From the human T2T-CHM13v2.0 reference genome, Homo sapiens, in the NCBI RefSeq assembly GCF_009914755.1, contig NC_060937.1: a stretch of 64,000 nucleotides of DNA; one strand, given 5' to 3'. The notes under the pieces are model-generated. The model was not told the DNA's origin. It worked only from the letters and a program-made list of their open reading frames with translations, and made no database searches. Positions 40,394-53,769 of the stretch are shown here, piece by piece (positions within the stretch are counted from its first letter, which is position 1; each line of letters opens with the position of its first letter). Made by a program: the position numbers and the translations under genes.

Positions 40394-41099
40394 GTAACGG
40401 GGTAAAACAGCAGCAGAGTGGGACTCTCTAACATCTGAAAGTCATTTTCCAAAACTTCATTCAGCACAGGAACAATGCGGCATTCAGGCAGAATGAGCTG
40501 AAAATGTGGGGTGCTCCAGGTCAAATCAGCAACTTCTGCACTCCTCTCAACAGGGTGGGGAGTGGTTTGCCAAGGTAGGGCAGGAAACAGTCTGATTTCA
40601 AAGGAAGGGCTAGGATTAGGCAGAAAACCGTGCAGAGTCAAGAAATGGAAGCCTCCGCAGCCTAGACTGGTGGGTTTCAGCGGCATACAGAGAGCTGTGC
40701 TAAAAGCCGCTCTAGACAACTTGTTGGTGGGATTTTGGCAGCTACCCAGAAAAGAGCTGAACAGTGATCCTTGGCTGAAAACTGGCAGGGTGGCGGCAGG
40801 GCCGGTCATGCAGCACTAGGGGAGTAGAGCCTCACCCTTCCTGCCTCTGTTCTGTCAGTCTCCCCAGTCAGCACCTGCTCCCCACTGGTCAACAAGCTTC
40901 CTGGCACTCCTCTGCATTCAAGCTTCTCTTGCATTATTTATTCACTTTAAGGAATAGCAGTGATGAAAACGTAGTAGCCGAACCATCCTCATCTAAGCTA
41001 CTATTTTCTGAATATTTATAGCTTTATTTAGAACCTAACAACAGCTACAACACCCAGATAAACTTAAAGGAATTTTTATATATTTTTTCTATTTTTTTT

Positions 41100-41212
41100 A
41101 AGACTAGTCAAGTGCAGTAGTGAGGAAGGGGGAAAGGGTAGAACAAAGAGTTCGATCTGTAATTGACTGCGAACAATCAATTTTGAGATAACTCACTACA
41201 TTTGGTCCAGCC
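41100..41212 (-). pseudogene. Y1 RNA (RNY1) processed pseudogene
   Basis: reverse complement GGCTGGACCAAATGTAGTGAGTTATCTCAAAATTGATTGTTCGCAGTCAATTACAGATCGAACTCTTTGTTCTACCCTTTCCCCCTTCCTCACTACTGCACTTGACTAGTCTT aligns end to end with hY1; degenerate A tail 41077-41099; TSD core AAAGGAATTTT on both sides. Confidence 0.95.
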
Positions 41213-44206
41213 AGTTAAAAGGAATTTTAAGTTAGAGAAGCCATACAAGTACAGACATGGAATGGGATGGTAACTAAATGAGAATGTCATGTCGTTCTGG
41301 TGACATCGTCGTTAATGTGTGGTGACACGGTTATTAATACTCTCAGTGGAGTAGTAAGGGAAGCTCTAAGCTCTCAGAGGTTAACACCTCTTTAAGGACA
41401 TGCAATAGTGGAACAAGGAATCTTGAGTTTGGAGCAGAGAGAGCTTAGCTACATGCAGGCAGCAACTTGTTTCTTACCTGAAATACAGCCATTTCGGCCC
41501 AACTCCATATTATGGCAGAGTTGACAGATTTATAGTCAACATTCTGTATTCTTTTGTCATTTCCATCATTTTATTTGTCTTTGACAAGTAGAGAAATTTT
41601 GAGGTAGAAAGTAATAGGTAATAAGGGAAGGGAAAAAATGTAAATAAATTCCCCAAACAGGAAATGACCAAGGCAAATATACTCTACAGCAGGATTCAAA
41701 ATTTTACATTCTATATAGAATGATTTTGACAGATGACAATAGACAGTGAAACAGAAGTTTAAAGAGAGAAAATAAAATAAGGCCAAAGACCCAAAGCATT
41801 TTATTTAGGCAAAGTTGTGTGAAGTCCCAGAAACTAAACTGGGAAAGGAAGAGATATATCATTAAAGGACAGCCACCTTATATCGGAGCCCTCATAAGTT
41901 AAAACAAAATCCTAAGAGTTAAAAACTTGAGTGGGCTCTCTTGTGTATCCTTGATGTAGCTGGAGGCCCTATATTATATAACAGTAACAGGATACAGGAT
42001 GACAGTTCCTCACAGACTACAGTAAATGTGATTAAATTATCTCATCAGCTTCATACTCCTGAGTATTTGTACAATGCCAGAAAACCATCCATTAATCTGA
42101 CCTGTCTGCTAGACCCCCAGACAGCATGGGCTAGAGGTATTAATATTCAAAGAAATTTCCCTCTCAAATGGCCAATTGGAGGGATTCCAAGTTTAGTCTC
42201 TGCAGCCGTTGACACCACGAATGAGACACGGAGAAATAATAAGGGGGAAAGAATAAAAGCTAGAATAAAATTCAGAAATTTGCTTGAACTCAGCCACAGA
42301 TTCTTTTTCATTCCTTTCCACTGACCTGATCTAATTCCAGCAGCTATTATCCCTGTGAAACACTGCCACAGCTGAATTTATTTTTATTTTGTCTGCTCAA
42401 AGGCAATGCAAAGCGAATTTGAGAGCACATCACCTTCAGGGAAAAGACTGCCGCATATTACTCACTACCTCCCTCCACCCCTCTGCGTGAAAAGGTTAAT
42501 TTGAATAAGGCTGCTGCTTCCACAAATAGAGCAGTAACCAGCACACAGAGGAACCGCCAATGAGACTGTATTTCAATGATGTCATACTTATACCTGCCTC
42601 TTATTATTTGCTGAGTAGTGACAATGTGTTCCGTGAATCTCACGTATTATTGGTTAAGAGCCCTGTCATTCTGAGTACTTCTGGAGAGTTTTAGGCATTG
42701 CAGTTTCTTTACAAGCCCAGAATTTTTTCAGCTTCTGCACTTCAACAAACTGTTGGAGAAGGCAGAGTATTTTAAACGTTGTTGTCCTGAAGACAAATAT
42801 AAAAACCTTTATAATTTATACCTGATTTACATGCCATTGGATGCTAGCTCCGTTTGCACAGCAAATGCAACATAGGAAAAGTCTGTTTTTTGTTAAAATA
42901 AATGAACAAACAAACAGTTGGACAGAACTTTCACTGAAGTGTTTCTAGAAAGAGTATGCTTAGCTGAATATTGTCCCACTGGCCTAACTGAAAACAAACT
43001 TATTCCACTTATTCTACAACAACAATTTTTTGCCCCAGTGAGCAGAGCTTTCTTAAAAAGAACTAGATCTAAAATTTACCAGTTTGTAGGATACAGGGCA
43101 TTGGAGGAGGGAAAACCTACCTGGTTTATTTTTGTCCTAAGTGGGTTTTATTTTTAAATCAGTTAGGGTTTTGTGCCATTAAATGTGTGCTTCAGGTCAC
43201 TCAGATTCCTGGGCTTTTCTGAGGAAATGCCTATAAATAGGTTTGAAAACTACACTACCTTATAATGAAGCTGACAGTTAGATAAATCAGTTGTGCATGA
43301 GTTAGGAATTATTCAACTAACTGAAACATTCAAATAAATGTTCTGGTCAGCATGAGATGCAAGTGTGATTGGGAGGCCAGGAAGAAGTGTTGGTAGTGAT
43401 CTTAAGCTGAGGCTCAAAAGTCTCATCATCTGTGGTGGCAAGTGAGGCCCCAAGCATGGCTCTCTGGGCAAAGTCACATCCTCAGAGATATAGACAACAA
43501 GGTCAGTCTGTTCATTGTCAGTTGGCGAAGCAGAACATATATGGCGAAGGTTAATCCAGTCCACAGGCAGGGCTGTATATTAAATGCTCCAGTGAGAAGG
43601 GCAGGGCATTAAAGGAGCAACTGGATTTTAACCGGCAGAAAAAGACTAGAAAGTGTTCATGTGTAGGAGAATGAGATGAGAAAGGATGACTATATATGGA
43701 ATAGACCTCCCTGACTGGATATACATATATGTATCTACACCTTAGTGAGAGAAATCTGGAAAAGCAGGCACACAAATCAGCAAAGATGATGTAAATTAGG
43801 AAGAGGTAGAAAGCACCAGATATTTTGGGCACCCATACCTCAAATTCAGTAGCTAATATCAACTATTTTTGAAATCAAAATGTCTTCTCAGCTGTGTATC
43901 AGAACTTATTGTTTGCAGAGTCTGATCACAGGTTAGCTAGATGTTGTAAAATTTGATTATTTTATAGTTTAAATAAATGCTTTACAATATTATTGTAGAC
44001 ATTGGACATTCAACGAGATGCTCACTGTGTTAAGAGCATGGGAAATGAGACCAAAGTTAAGTTTAATTGCAGTAAAAAGTAGAGAATAGACTACCATTCT
44101 ATTAAAGTTAGAAGGACCTAGAGCTGTATCCACTGTACTTGAACTTCCTGGTATTTCTACCAACAAAGTGCATGTGAATTTTGATTCAAGAGCTCTCTCT
44201 CTAGTA

Positions 44207-44435
44207 ACAGCATGGTGTTGAGTACAAGGGCCTTTGGTGTCAGACAGACCTGAGTTCAAATCCCAACTCCAACCATTAGTAGCTTTGCAACCTTGATCAT
44301 TATAATTAATCTATCTAAACTTCAGTTCTCTTGAAGGATAATGATGATACCCAGGTATGGGGTGGGAAGATTGTGAGAATGAGACTGAATAAAGTATATA
44401 TGTTTTATTAGCATAGTGCCTATCTCAGTAAATGA
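44207..44435 (+). mobile_element. MIR
   Basis: gcatggtgttgagtacaagggcctttggtgtcagacagacctgagttcaaatcccaactcc...agcatagtgcct. Confidence 0.8.
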
Positions 44436-44494
44436 AAGGGTTTCTTTTTCTTTTTTTTTTTTTGTATGTTTGTGGTTTTAACTTTGTTATGTCC

Positions 44495-44975
44495 ATAAGG
44501 TCCTTCCAGAATCTACATGACCTGTCTCCTTACTGATCATTTCTTGTCACTCCTTTTCTCCTATACTCTATCCAGGCCATACTGACCTTCTTGCAACTTC
44601 CCAAATAAGCCTAGTGTGTTTTGGCTGGAGGACTTTACTTTGCAGCTCCCCTTGCCTGGAATGCTTCCCCTCCCAAGTGTACCTTCGTCACTTTCTTCAG
44701 GTCTCAGTTCAAATATTAACAAGAGAAATCTGACTTAACACCCTGGCTGAAATGGCTTCCCTATGACTCTCTTTCCCATAACACCATGTTATGCTTTTCC
44801 ATTGCCACTAGACATGATTTTATGTTGTATTTTTAATTTGTTTATTATCTGTTTTGCTCTCTTGAGCATGTCAGGTCCACATGAGTAGCATCTTTGTTTG
44901 CTTCTGAGCCCAGAGCCTAGAAAAGTGCTTGGACATAGCAGATTCCTAAAAATCATTGTTAATGAGCATTGATGA
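44495..44975 (+). mobile_element. L2 3' region
   Basis: ggccatactgaccttcttg...gcctggaatgcttcccc...cttcaggtctcagttcaaat...cctagaaaagtgcttggacatagcag. Confidence 0.8.
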
Positions 44976-45997
44976 AGACAGCAATAGGAACTCTTAAGTT
45001 CTTTAGGACAGGGGTACAACAGGCACATAGGTGCAATGGCCAGAAAGGGGCTCTGAACACCCCTGCCTCATACCAAAGCTGAGAATGTATATGAGCTTTT
45101 CTTATTGAGCCAAGCAGAAATATTTCAATTTACCCATCACATTATACGAATGAGATGTTAAGACAATGAGAATACACAGTTTTAGTATTCTTTACCCAAA
45201 GGGTGCCAGTGCTCTTTAGGGTAGATGAGGTGTGGGAAGCTGGGCCAGAAGAGATTCCAGGGAAAATCCTGGGTGAAGATTTTTAGCTGGTGTACCCTTT
45301 CTGAGGTCTACTATTTTTTCCCCCTTCAAACTCCCTCAAAACCTGTTCATATTGGCTGTGATCCTCACGAATTTTTGGGTACAATCGAGGGACTGAAAAA
45401 ATGAGAATTGGAGATCAGATTAGTAAATGCAGGATATAATAGTAAATTCAAGAATCCCAGACATTCTCAACATTACACACACCTACACACATATTAATAT
45501 GCATATGTATGAAATGAACTGACGGAAGTGTCACAGAATATTTTAAGATCTTTCTGTTCTCTTTCTCAGTCCATCATAATGATAAAATAGATTCTCTTCT
45601 GGATTTCTATTTCCCAGTAACTGAAGGACTATATAAGATGGCATCCAGCTTACGTAAGCATTATCCCTGCTGACATTCCAAACGAGCAGTTCAAATGCCA
45701 CCTAATCATCCAGTTATAGCTTGGATTTTGGCAGTCTTTTATAAAACACTGCATTTGAAGGAGCATCTGCCTTTTGTATATTGGCCATGTCAGCACCTGT
45801 GGCTGCTTCTTTTTCTAGAAACTTCTGAACATGGTAAACGTAATATGAAATAAAATTAGTGCTAACCACCAGAATGCTCTTAAAAGTGTATAGAGTCATG
45901 ATTGAAATTCTGAATGTACAGCCCATTTTTAAAGAAAATTGGCTATCTCCTCTCACCTCTTACTCCTCCACTACCCTCAATGTTAGTTGTCTTAGAT

Positions 45998-46165
45998 TAG
46001 TGCTTCTTAAACTTTAAAGTATCTACAATCACTAAGCCGTCAAAGGGACCTTATTAAAATAATACATATTTTTCCAGAATGCCGGGAGTAGGGCATGAGA
46101 TTTGGCATTGCCAAAAACTTCTAGGTGAAGCCATGTGCTGGTCTGTGAACCACACTTTGAGTAAG
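45998..46165. mobile_element. MER5A-like hAT MITE
   Basis: agtgcttcttaaactt...gggcatgagatttggcatt...ctaggtga...gctggtctgtgaaccacactttgagta. Confidence 0.7.
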
Positions 46166-46173
46166 TAGCAGGA

Positions 46174-46306
46174 GTTTATTTTTATTTTTATTTGTATGAC
46201 TTTATTGGGTACAAGGCAATTTTGTTACATGCACCGATTGTGTAGTAGGGAAGTCAGGGCTTTTAGGCACCCATCATCCAAATCATGTACATCGGACCCA
46301 TTAAGT
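46174..46306 (-). mobile_element. short L1MA 3' terminus
   Basis: T-rich tail, then gggtacaaggcaattttgttacatgca...gaagtcagggcttttagg...ccatca...atgtacat...cccattaagt. Confidence 0.75.
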
Positions 46307-46395
46307 GAAGCACTGGTTTAGATGACATAATGTCACATGTTTGGTTTTCTAATCCCCCAAATTAATAAGAGAATTTTTAAGGAGGTCATTTACTA

Positions 46396-46664
46396 TTTTT
46401 TTTTAGGCCAGGCTGGAGTGCGGTGGTGCGATCTCGGCTCACTGCAACCTCTGCCCCCTGGGTTCAAGTGATACTCCTGTCTCAGTCTCCTGAGTAGCTG
46501 GGATTACAGGCACGCGCCACCATGCCTGGCTAATTTTTGTATTTTTAATAGAGATGGGGTTTCACCATGTTGACCACCATGGTCTTGATCTGCTGACCTT
46601 GTGATCCACCCGCCTCGGCCTCCCAAAGTGATGAGATTACAGGCGTGAACCACTGTGCCTGGCC
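46396..46664 (-). mobile_element. AluS (Sc-like), lacking about 25 nt before the tail
   Basis: ccaggctggagtgcggtggtgcgatctcggctcactgcaacc...gaccttgtgatccacccgcctcggcctcccaaagt. Confidence 0.93.
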
Positions 46665-46999
46665 TCTTCCACATGCATTCTCTTGTAACTGTGTTAAGAG
46701 ATTTTGTTCTGAGGTATATTCACATCCAATTGGTAACCAAGCCATTTTGAGTCTAAGAAATATTTCTCTCTTCTCCATCCCCACAGGCGCTGCCTCAGCT
46801 GAGGCCTTCCTCATTTTTCCCCTGCAAAGCAGTAATAACCTCCGATTTATCTCCCAAGCCCCAGCTGCACCTCCCTCCAATCCATCATCTCATATTTTAT
46901 CTCCTTATTTTTCTTTCAAAAATTGTTTTGATGAGCTCCTTTCCTGATTAAAGGCCCCTGCTGGCTCCCCTTGCTTAAAATAGAGGTTGGCATAGGCTC

Positions 47000-47205
47000 T
47001 GTCCCCTGACAAAATTGGGCTGGAATACAAACTCCTTCAATTTCCTTTTATGTAACATTGGGCAACTTGCTTAACTTCAGAGAGGCACACTTTCCTTATC
47101 TGCAAAATGGAGATACTACTGCTTATCTGGTAGTGTTGTCATGATTTAGATGGAGGACTGTAGGTAAAAGCATCTAGTGTATGATGGCCATAGCAGATGT
47201 TCGAT
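47000..47205 (+). mobile_element. MIR
   Basis: ttgggcaacttgcttaacttc...tttccttatctgcaaaatggagata. Confidence 0.7.
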
Positions 47206-47784
47206 AGCCTAATTACTCCTCCCTCTTCCTTTCCTTTCCAGCCTGACCAAGTTTTGCTTTTCTAACCTCTTTCTTTTGAACCTCTTTCTTCATGTCCTGC
47301 CTCCACTCCCTATAAACCACACATAACGCATTCTCCAGCCCCACTGAACATCTCCTTTCCCAATATATCTGTGGAAATACTCTTCCTTCTCTCCTCCAAC
47401 CCAGAAAATCCCCTTGGTTTTGCTCTCTTCCCTAAGGAGCCTGAGCCTTTGTACTTGGGCAGAATTTGCCACTCCTTTTTGTCCTCCCAAACCACTGTGA
47501 TTATGCCTCTTTCAAAATATACTTGCTGTAATGTGCTGTTGTGGTGTGTTGTTATGATTTGTGCTCATGGCAGTTGCCCCAACGTGATTGTGACCCCTCA
47601 GTGGAACGGACTTTCCCTTATTTTTCGATCCTTAATGATTCAAGCATTTGTTTAATAAAATAATAGAATCAATATATGTAATTTAAAGAAATGGATGCTC
47701 AAATATTATATTCTAGAAATGATATATAGAGAAAAATAATTCTGAAAGCTTTCCTGGACTAAAAATAGTGGTTTAGAGTACTGA

Positions 47785-48116
<332 letters not shown>

Positions 48117-48189
48117 TAATCCCCATTTTTGTAGCACTTTTTTTTTTTTTTAATTTTCAGGGCTGGTTTTAAATGCTTTGTGTCCACAA

Positions 48190-48370
48190 TCTTTCCCGAT
48201 TCCTTGATTATTCTTTGTTGTAGGTGCTATAATACTTATTTCACAGATTCAGAAACTGACATTCAGAAAAGTTAAGTAGCCTTGCATAGTTACATAATTT
48301 TAACTGTTAGAGTGGGGATTTGAACCTATGTTTTCTGACTCCAAGGTTTATCTTCTATGTGGTACTATCT
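48190..48370 (-). mobile_element. MIR
   Basis: atttcacagattcagaaactgacattcagaaaagttaagtagccttgc...ggatttgaacctatg. Confidence 0.75.
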
Positions 48371-50427
48371 CATTCAATCTACTGCCATAGCCTGGTTTCG
48401 TCTTAAACATAGATGAAAAGTGTGGGTTAGTGTCTTTATTAGAGAAAAATTTGTGGAGCAGGCAAGAGAACTGTCTGCAATAGTCACATCTTTGAGTGGT
48501 TGGAGATAGTTATTAGGTAGATAAAACATAACTAATGAACTGTAAAATTCTAAAATCTGGACACCTCATAAATCCTTTCATTTTCACTCATTATTTGTTT
48601 TGAAAAAGTCACGAAGCAATCTTATTCCTGAAAGAAAACTATTTTAATGATACCTTTTTGACTTTCAAAGGTACTTTTCATTTTCACCATACAATACTTG
48701 CACAGGAGATCCTTACACAGATAATTTTCTTGACCAAATCACATAAGAGAGCTTATTCCTCTAGTCTCAAAGAAATCAAGCTAAACCCCAAGCAAATCAT
48801 GCAAATTGCTGTGTGTTATCCTGTCCTGGGAACTGCTATTTGTAACAGACTGTCCAGGTATTTTTAGTAGGGAACTCTTGTCTACAAGAGCCTACAGATC
48901 TGGAGAGTGATTGTATAGCTAATTGCATCTGCAATTAATGACAAATTTGTAGCTTGATGAGCAGTTGTGATCCCAAATATGTTTGAAACCTCTTGGTAAC
49001 ATAGCAACTATAAACTGCCAGAAAAGTTCTCATGGGGGGGACTCTTGGCATACAAAGTGAAAGTCATTCATTCATTCATCTTATCAACCTCTTGGAAACC
49101 TCTCAAACTTAGACATAGACATTCAGTTGGGCCTATAGGGTTTCTGTATTTATTGAACCTATTGAGAGCTAGAATATGCCAGACTATTCAGAAACAGGAA
49201 ATTGATCCCTGGAATAGCTTAATGCCTAGACAGGATTTCTCAGTGTATTCCCTGGAGCACTAGTTGCAGGGCCTATTAAGAGATGTCAGGTGAGAAAATA
49301 GTGTTTTAAGGCCAAATATATAAAGAAACACTGGGTTTAAAAAATTCCAGCAGATTTCTTTTCTACTGGACTTCTCCGAACCTTTAATATGTCACTGTGT
49401 ATTCTGACTCTCCTGGAATAGTAGTTACTGTTTGTTCAATTTGCTTTGTTCAGGAAGTATCTCAAAAACAGTAATCTGCAAAATAGGAAGCACAAGCTTG
49501 AAGTGTCTCTATAGGTACTGTGGAACTGTGGGCAGCTGTATTTTGCCCCCTGGGCTTTTGATAGATTTTGTCTAGCTGGGAGCTAATATCTTACTCACTG
49601 ATGTAGCACCACTGTAGCAACTTTGTGCAGATACAATGTCAAGAGAGTAACAAACAAAATCCTACCTAGAAATAAAGAGGCAAAGATAAATAAAACATTG
49701 GTATGGCCCATGTTATACAGAGATTTCTATAATTATAAAGAAAGAAAAATTTAAAATCGAATACATTCTGTATAGCATCTTAAACATATGTTGAGTGAAT
49801 TCCTTTGGACAAACTTGAAATCTTGTATTTTCTCCACAGTATTTCTAAGAACACTGTTAATTTTTATGTAATGTCAAATTATCATAGGTAATAAGAATTC
49901 ATTGAGGAAAATGGGAGAATTTATATTTTATGTAATCAAACATTTGTGATGTTTCAGAAATCACATTATGAATGTCTCTATTTCATTGACTCTTTCTCTT
50001 CTGAATCGTTCCGACTGGAAATCAAGGTCTACAATCGCCTGTACAGTGTGGTCAAGAGAAATGAAATGAAATATATTCTGCTATTCTGGTAGCAGAGTCA
50101 ATGTAGGAGATTCTAAACCCAAAGTTAATGTGAAGCCCTGGTTTTATTATATTGTTGATAAACATACATACTCTGTCACTACAGATGCCTGAGAGTTGGC
50201 TGTCAAAGTAGTTTTATGGCATTTAAATACTTTTCAGAGGAATTTGCCTGAAAGACATTGGGTAAGTAATAAATTGTGTGTCAGGGAGAAGAAAGGAACA
50301 TGGGGTTGCAGATGGATATAGAAGTAGACTGTGAAATTGGGCAGGTGTCATCTGCTGTTCCCATGTTTGGTAGGTGAACTTTAGCTTCATTAAAGATGCC
50401 CTTCTAGAAATTAAAAAGTTGTTCTGC

Positions 50428-50530
50428 GTTTCAAATGCTCCACAGCCACATGTGGCTAGCGGTTTCTGTATTGAACAGGGCAGATACAGAATGCCTCCAT
50501 TGTTGCAGAAAGTTCTATTGAGCAGTAGTG
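50428..50530. mobile_element. MER3-like hAT fragment
   Basis: tttcaaatgctccacagccacatgtggctagcgg...cagaaagttctattgagcag. Confidence 0.75.
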
Positions 50531-51039
50531 TTTATATTAATATACAGATTTCAGACCCATATGGGAGTTAGGAGTAGGAAAAAAGAAGAGAGGCTAAAAT
50601 GGCAGGGTTTTATCAGCAAGTGGTAGATTTTGAAGTTATAGAGGCTGGAGAAGTATAATGTCTTAAATTCTTTAGAAATTTAGAGCACTATAAAAAGAGT
50701 TTTATGCCTAAGAATAAAGAAGCATTAAAAATACGGAAACATGGGAAAAATAGATTAACATTTAGCTCTGTATTTAGCATATTCCTGCTTCTTAATATAT
50801 TACTCTTAAGGAAGGGAAGAAGTTGGCTTGTTTTGAAGCACACATTTTACATGACTAATTGAAACCAGGGACTCCTGTGCTCAAACAGCGTTGTGAGAAT
50901 TCAATTCCATGAGGGCCCTCAGTCTACTATATTTGTCCAAAGATTACAGTTAGAGCAACCTCAAAGAACGGAATTCTCAACAAGGAAAGAAAAACCAATG
51001 CAATGGGTAAGTAGGACCATGGCAGACAGAAATTCAAGA

Positions 51040-51350
51040 TCTGAAGGAAATGCGGGTGCCCACATAGGCCCATCTGCAGGAACACTGTTCCAGGTATGGG
51101 AATTGGTTTATGCAAAGGCCCTGAGGCTGACACATGTTTTGGGCGGTTCAATAAATAGCAGCATGTTTAGTATGTCTGGAATTGAGTGAATGAGAAAGAG
51201 CGGGGAGAAGTGGAGGTCTGACAGGAAGGTGGAGTAGAGTACAGAAAGAAATGCAGACCTTTGCAAGAGCACTGGACATTCTCTGAGAGACAGGAAGCCA
51301 CTGGGAAATTCTGAGTGGAAGAGCAATGTGACCTGGCTCAGGCTTTGCTG
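51040..51350 (-). mobile_element. L2 fragment
   Basis: gcaaaggccctgaggc...ggaagccactgggaaattctgagtggaagagcaatgtgacctggctc. Confidence 0.7.
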
Positions 51351-53769
51351 GTGACTTTCTGTCCTTTCACCCTATATATGCTTTCACAATATTTTTTATT
51401 TGCTTACTTCATAAATTGGAGTGGATATACACAATTTTGTCAGTTTTGTGGCAATATTTTCTATCAAATTTGGGGCAGATTTCATTAATTGTAGATTTTC
51501 CACTGTTTTTCAAATAATATCAACCTGACTTAGGTTACACAGCAATGATCAACAGAAGCAAATGGAATTCAGGTTTCTTTACATCTCTTAATACTTTCCC
51601 CCCTTTTTATAAACTTTCCTAGCATTAAGGGCTAATAAGACATATTTTTTGAAGAACTGCCATAGAGAGTTTTGATGAAAAACTTGCAGCATGGGCATGC
51701 CAGGGAGTGAATTTAAAGCAGAGGAAGCAGAACTAAAAAATTTTCAAGTAGTGTTCCTATTTTCTATTTCTTCTTCTCCTTTTTTAAGGCTCAAGTATTA
51801 TTTGGGCCAATGGAGGGCCCAAGCAGCCACTGCATCCCCAAGCCTCTAGCTCTGTTTCTTCAGCGCCAGCAGTTCAGGAAAGGAGAAAGAAAGACAAAAT
51901 AAGAAAGAGGAAGAGGAGAGGCTTCTGGAAGTTCAGAAAGAAGTAGAGAAATGCTGAAAAGTTTTCACTTCTCTTTTTCCCAGCCTGGGACGTAGAAAGC
52001 AGACTCCCTGTATGTAAAGAGTATCCCTAATGGAAAAAAAAACCATTGTAAAAAGGGGAAATCACCTTTTATCCTATGAGAGGAGCTAATTGGGCATCTT
52101 TAAAAAAATTCAGATAATTGAATAGAGGAACTTACGCAGAAAAAATATTTTAAAATTTTCTTTTAGAATGAGAGGGGAATTTCAACAAGAGGGCAATAAA
52201 AAATGCTATCATCCTTGATAATAAAAAAAAGTGTTTATTTAATCAAATAGTCTATTGGCTTCCTGACTCATACATCTATCTCTATTTGTTTTAGAGATTG
52301 TTCTTGATTGCTGGCATATTTCTGTCTTTGGTTCTACACAGTAGCCATTGTTTAATTCATAATAACATGAACAAGAATGGGGTTGTTAAAGATGACCTCT
52401 AAGGTTTGAAGGTCAAAGAGATTATATAGAAGCAAGAATCAAGGACAAAGCTGTAAAATTCATGTTCAAAGAAGGTGTGGTAGGGGTGGGTGGATGGACT
52501 TGTTTCTTCATTTCTCTTTAAATCTGTCTCCGGGCTGGTTTCATTTCAATGAGAGAGACAACCATCACCTTGCCACTGCTTCCTAAATAGATCACTGCAA
52601 GTTTGAGGAGTAAAAGATGTCATGCCCAGGGCTTAGTCTAGAAGTCATCGCGTATAGCTTTTTATATAAAATTCATCCTTGCAGTTTGAGATTAATTTTC
52701 TGTTTGCCATCTGATAGTAATATTGAGGAAATTTGAATTGTAAAGATTTTAATAATCATTTGCAATAAAGATAAGTAGTTTTCAGAATTATCTCTGGAAG
52801 CTGATTTAAGGGAAGTCAACAGTTAGGCCTGGGTTCCTGGGATGAGATTGAGAAAACAAGGTAGGCTTTGAGTCTTGGAGGACTCTCACAGTACTTATTC
52901 AAGCAGTTGCTCTTACAGACTGACATTGACAAATAGAGAACTTCCTGGGACATCCTTTGGCTTAGGACAATGATTAAGCAAATATTATCTTCATGAGAAA
53001 ATTTCCATCAGGTTTTGGTATGTTGAAGATTCACTATTATATTTCTAAGTGCCTTAGCTTCTTAAGCCATGTTCTAAAAATCAGCTAACTTGCTGTTTTA
53101 AAAAACTTTCTGACTCACCTACCTTTTATTTTATTTTATTTTTGTAGACATCTGCAATGAGGAACAGTACATCTAGAACAGTATTTCAATATGGCCCTTA
53201 GCTGACTGTCTTAAATGTACCAGATCCCTGATTACTTTTGCAGTTAACAATGTGAACCCAGAAAAATCCCTAAATGGAAATCCTAGTTCTCCTAATCACC
53301 AGCACTGAACACTGTACAATAAAGTCCACCCAAAATAAGTCAGGGCCATAATTTCCATGATGACAGTCCCCAATACAGCATTTTGTTATTGTTTCTTTCA
53401 AATCACTAGAATTCTTCCCATGTGCTGTCATATCTTCAGATAAGAGCCACATGGAGATTAAATGTGATTTTAAATGAACTTTTACAGGCCTCTATATTTT
53501 CTTCATGAGTTTTATTATTTTTAGAGGCAAGTGATGAAAGGTTATTCCCTGCAAGATCTAGCCAGTTAAACATGCAGCATAAAATCCGGAAGCCCTGCAG
53601 TCAGACACAGAAGAGCAAAGGGGAAAACGAGAAAATGTTCCATTGGGGCTGCAGCTTTTCAGAGTATGCAGGAATGATGTCATTTGTTTTCACAAAACCC
53701 AGTTTAAATTTGTTCCTGCCTTTCAAGAACTGCAGCAGGGAGCATCTGTGGAGACTCCTGCATCCCATA

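Noticed and set aside
41470-41490. Strong minus-strand donor CAG|GTAAGA
   Set aside because: No convincing matching acceptor or start site upstream.
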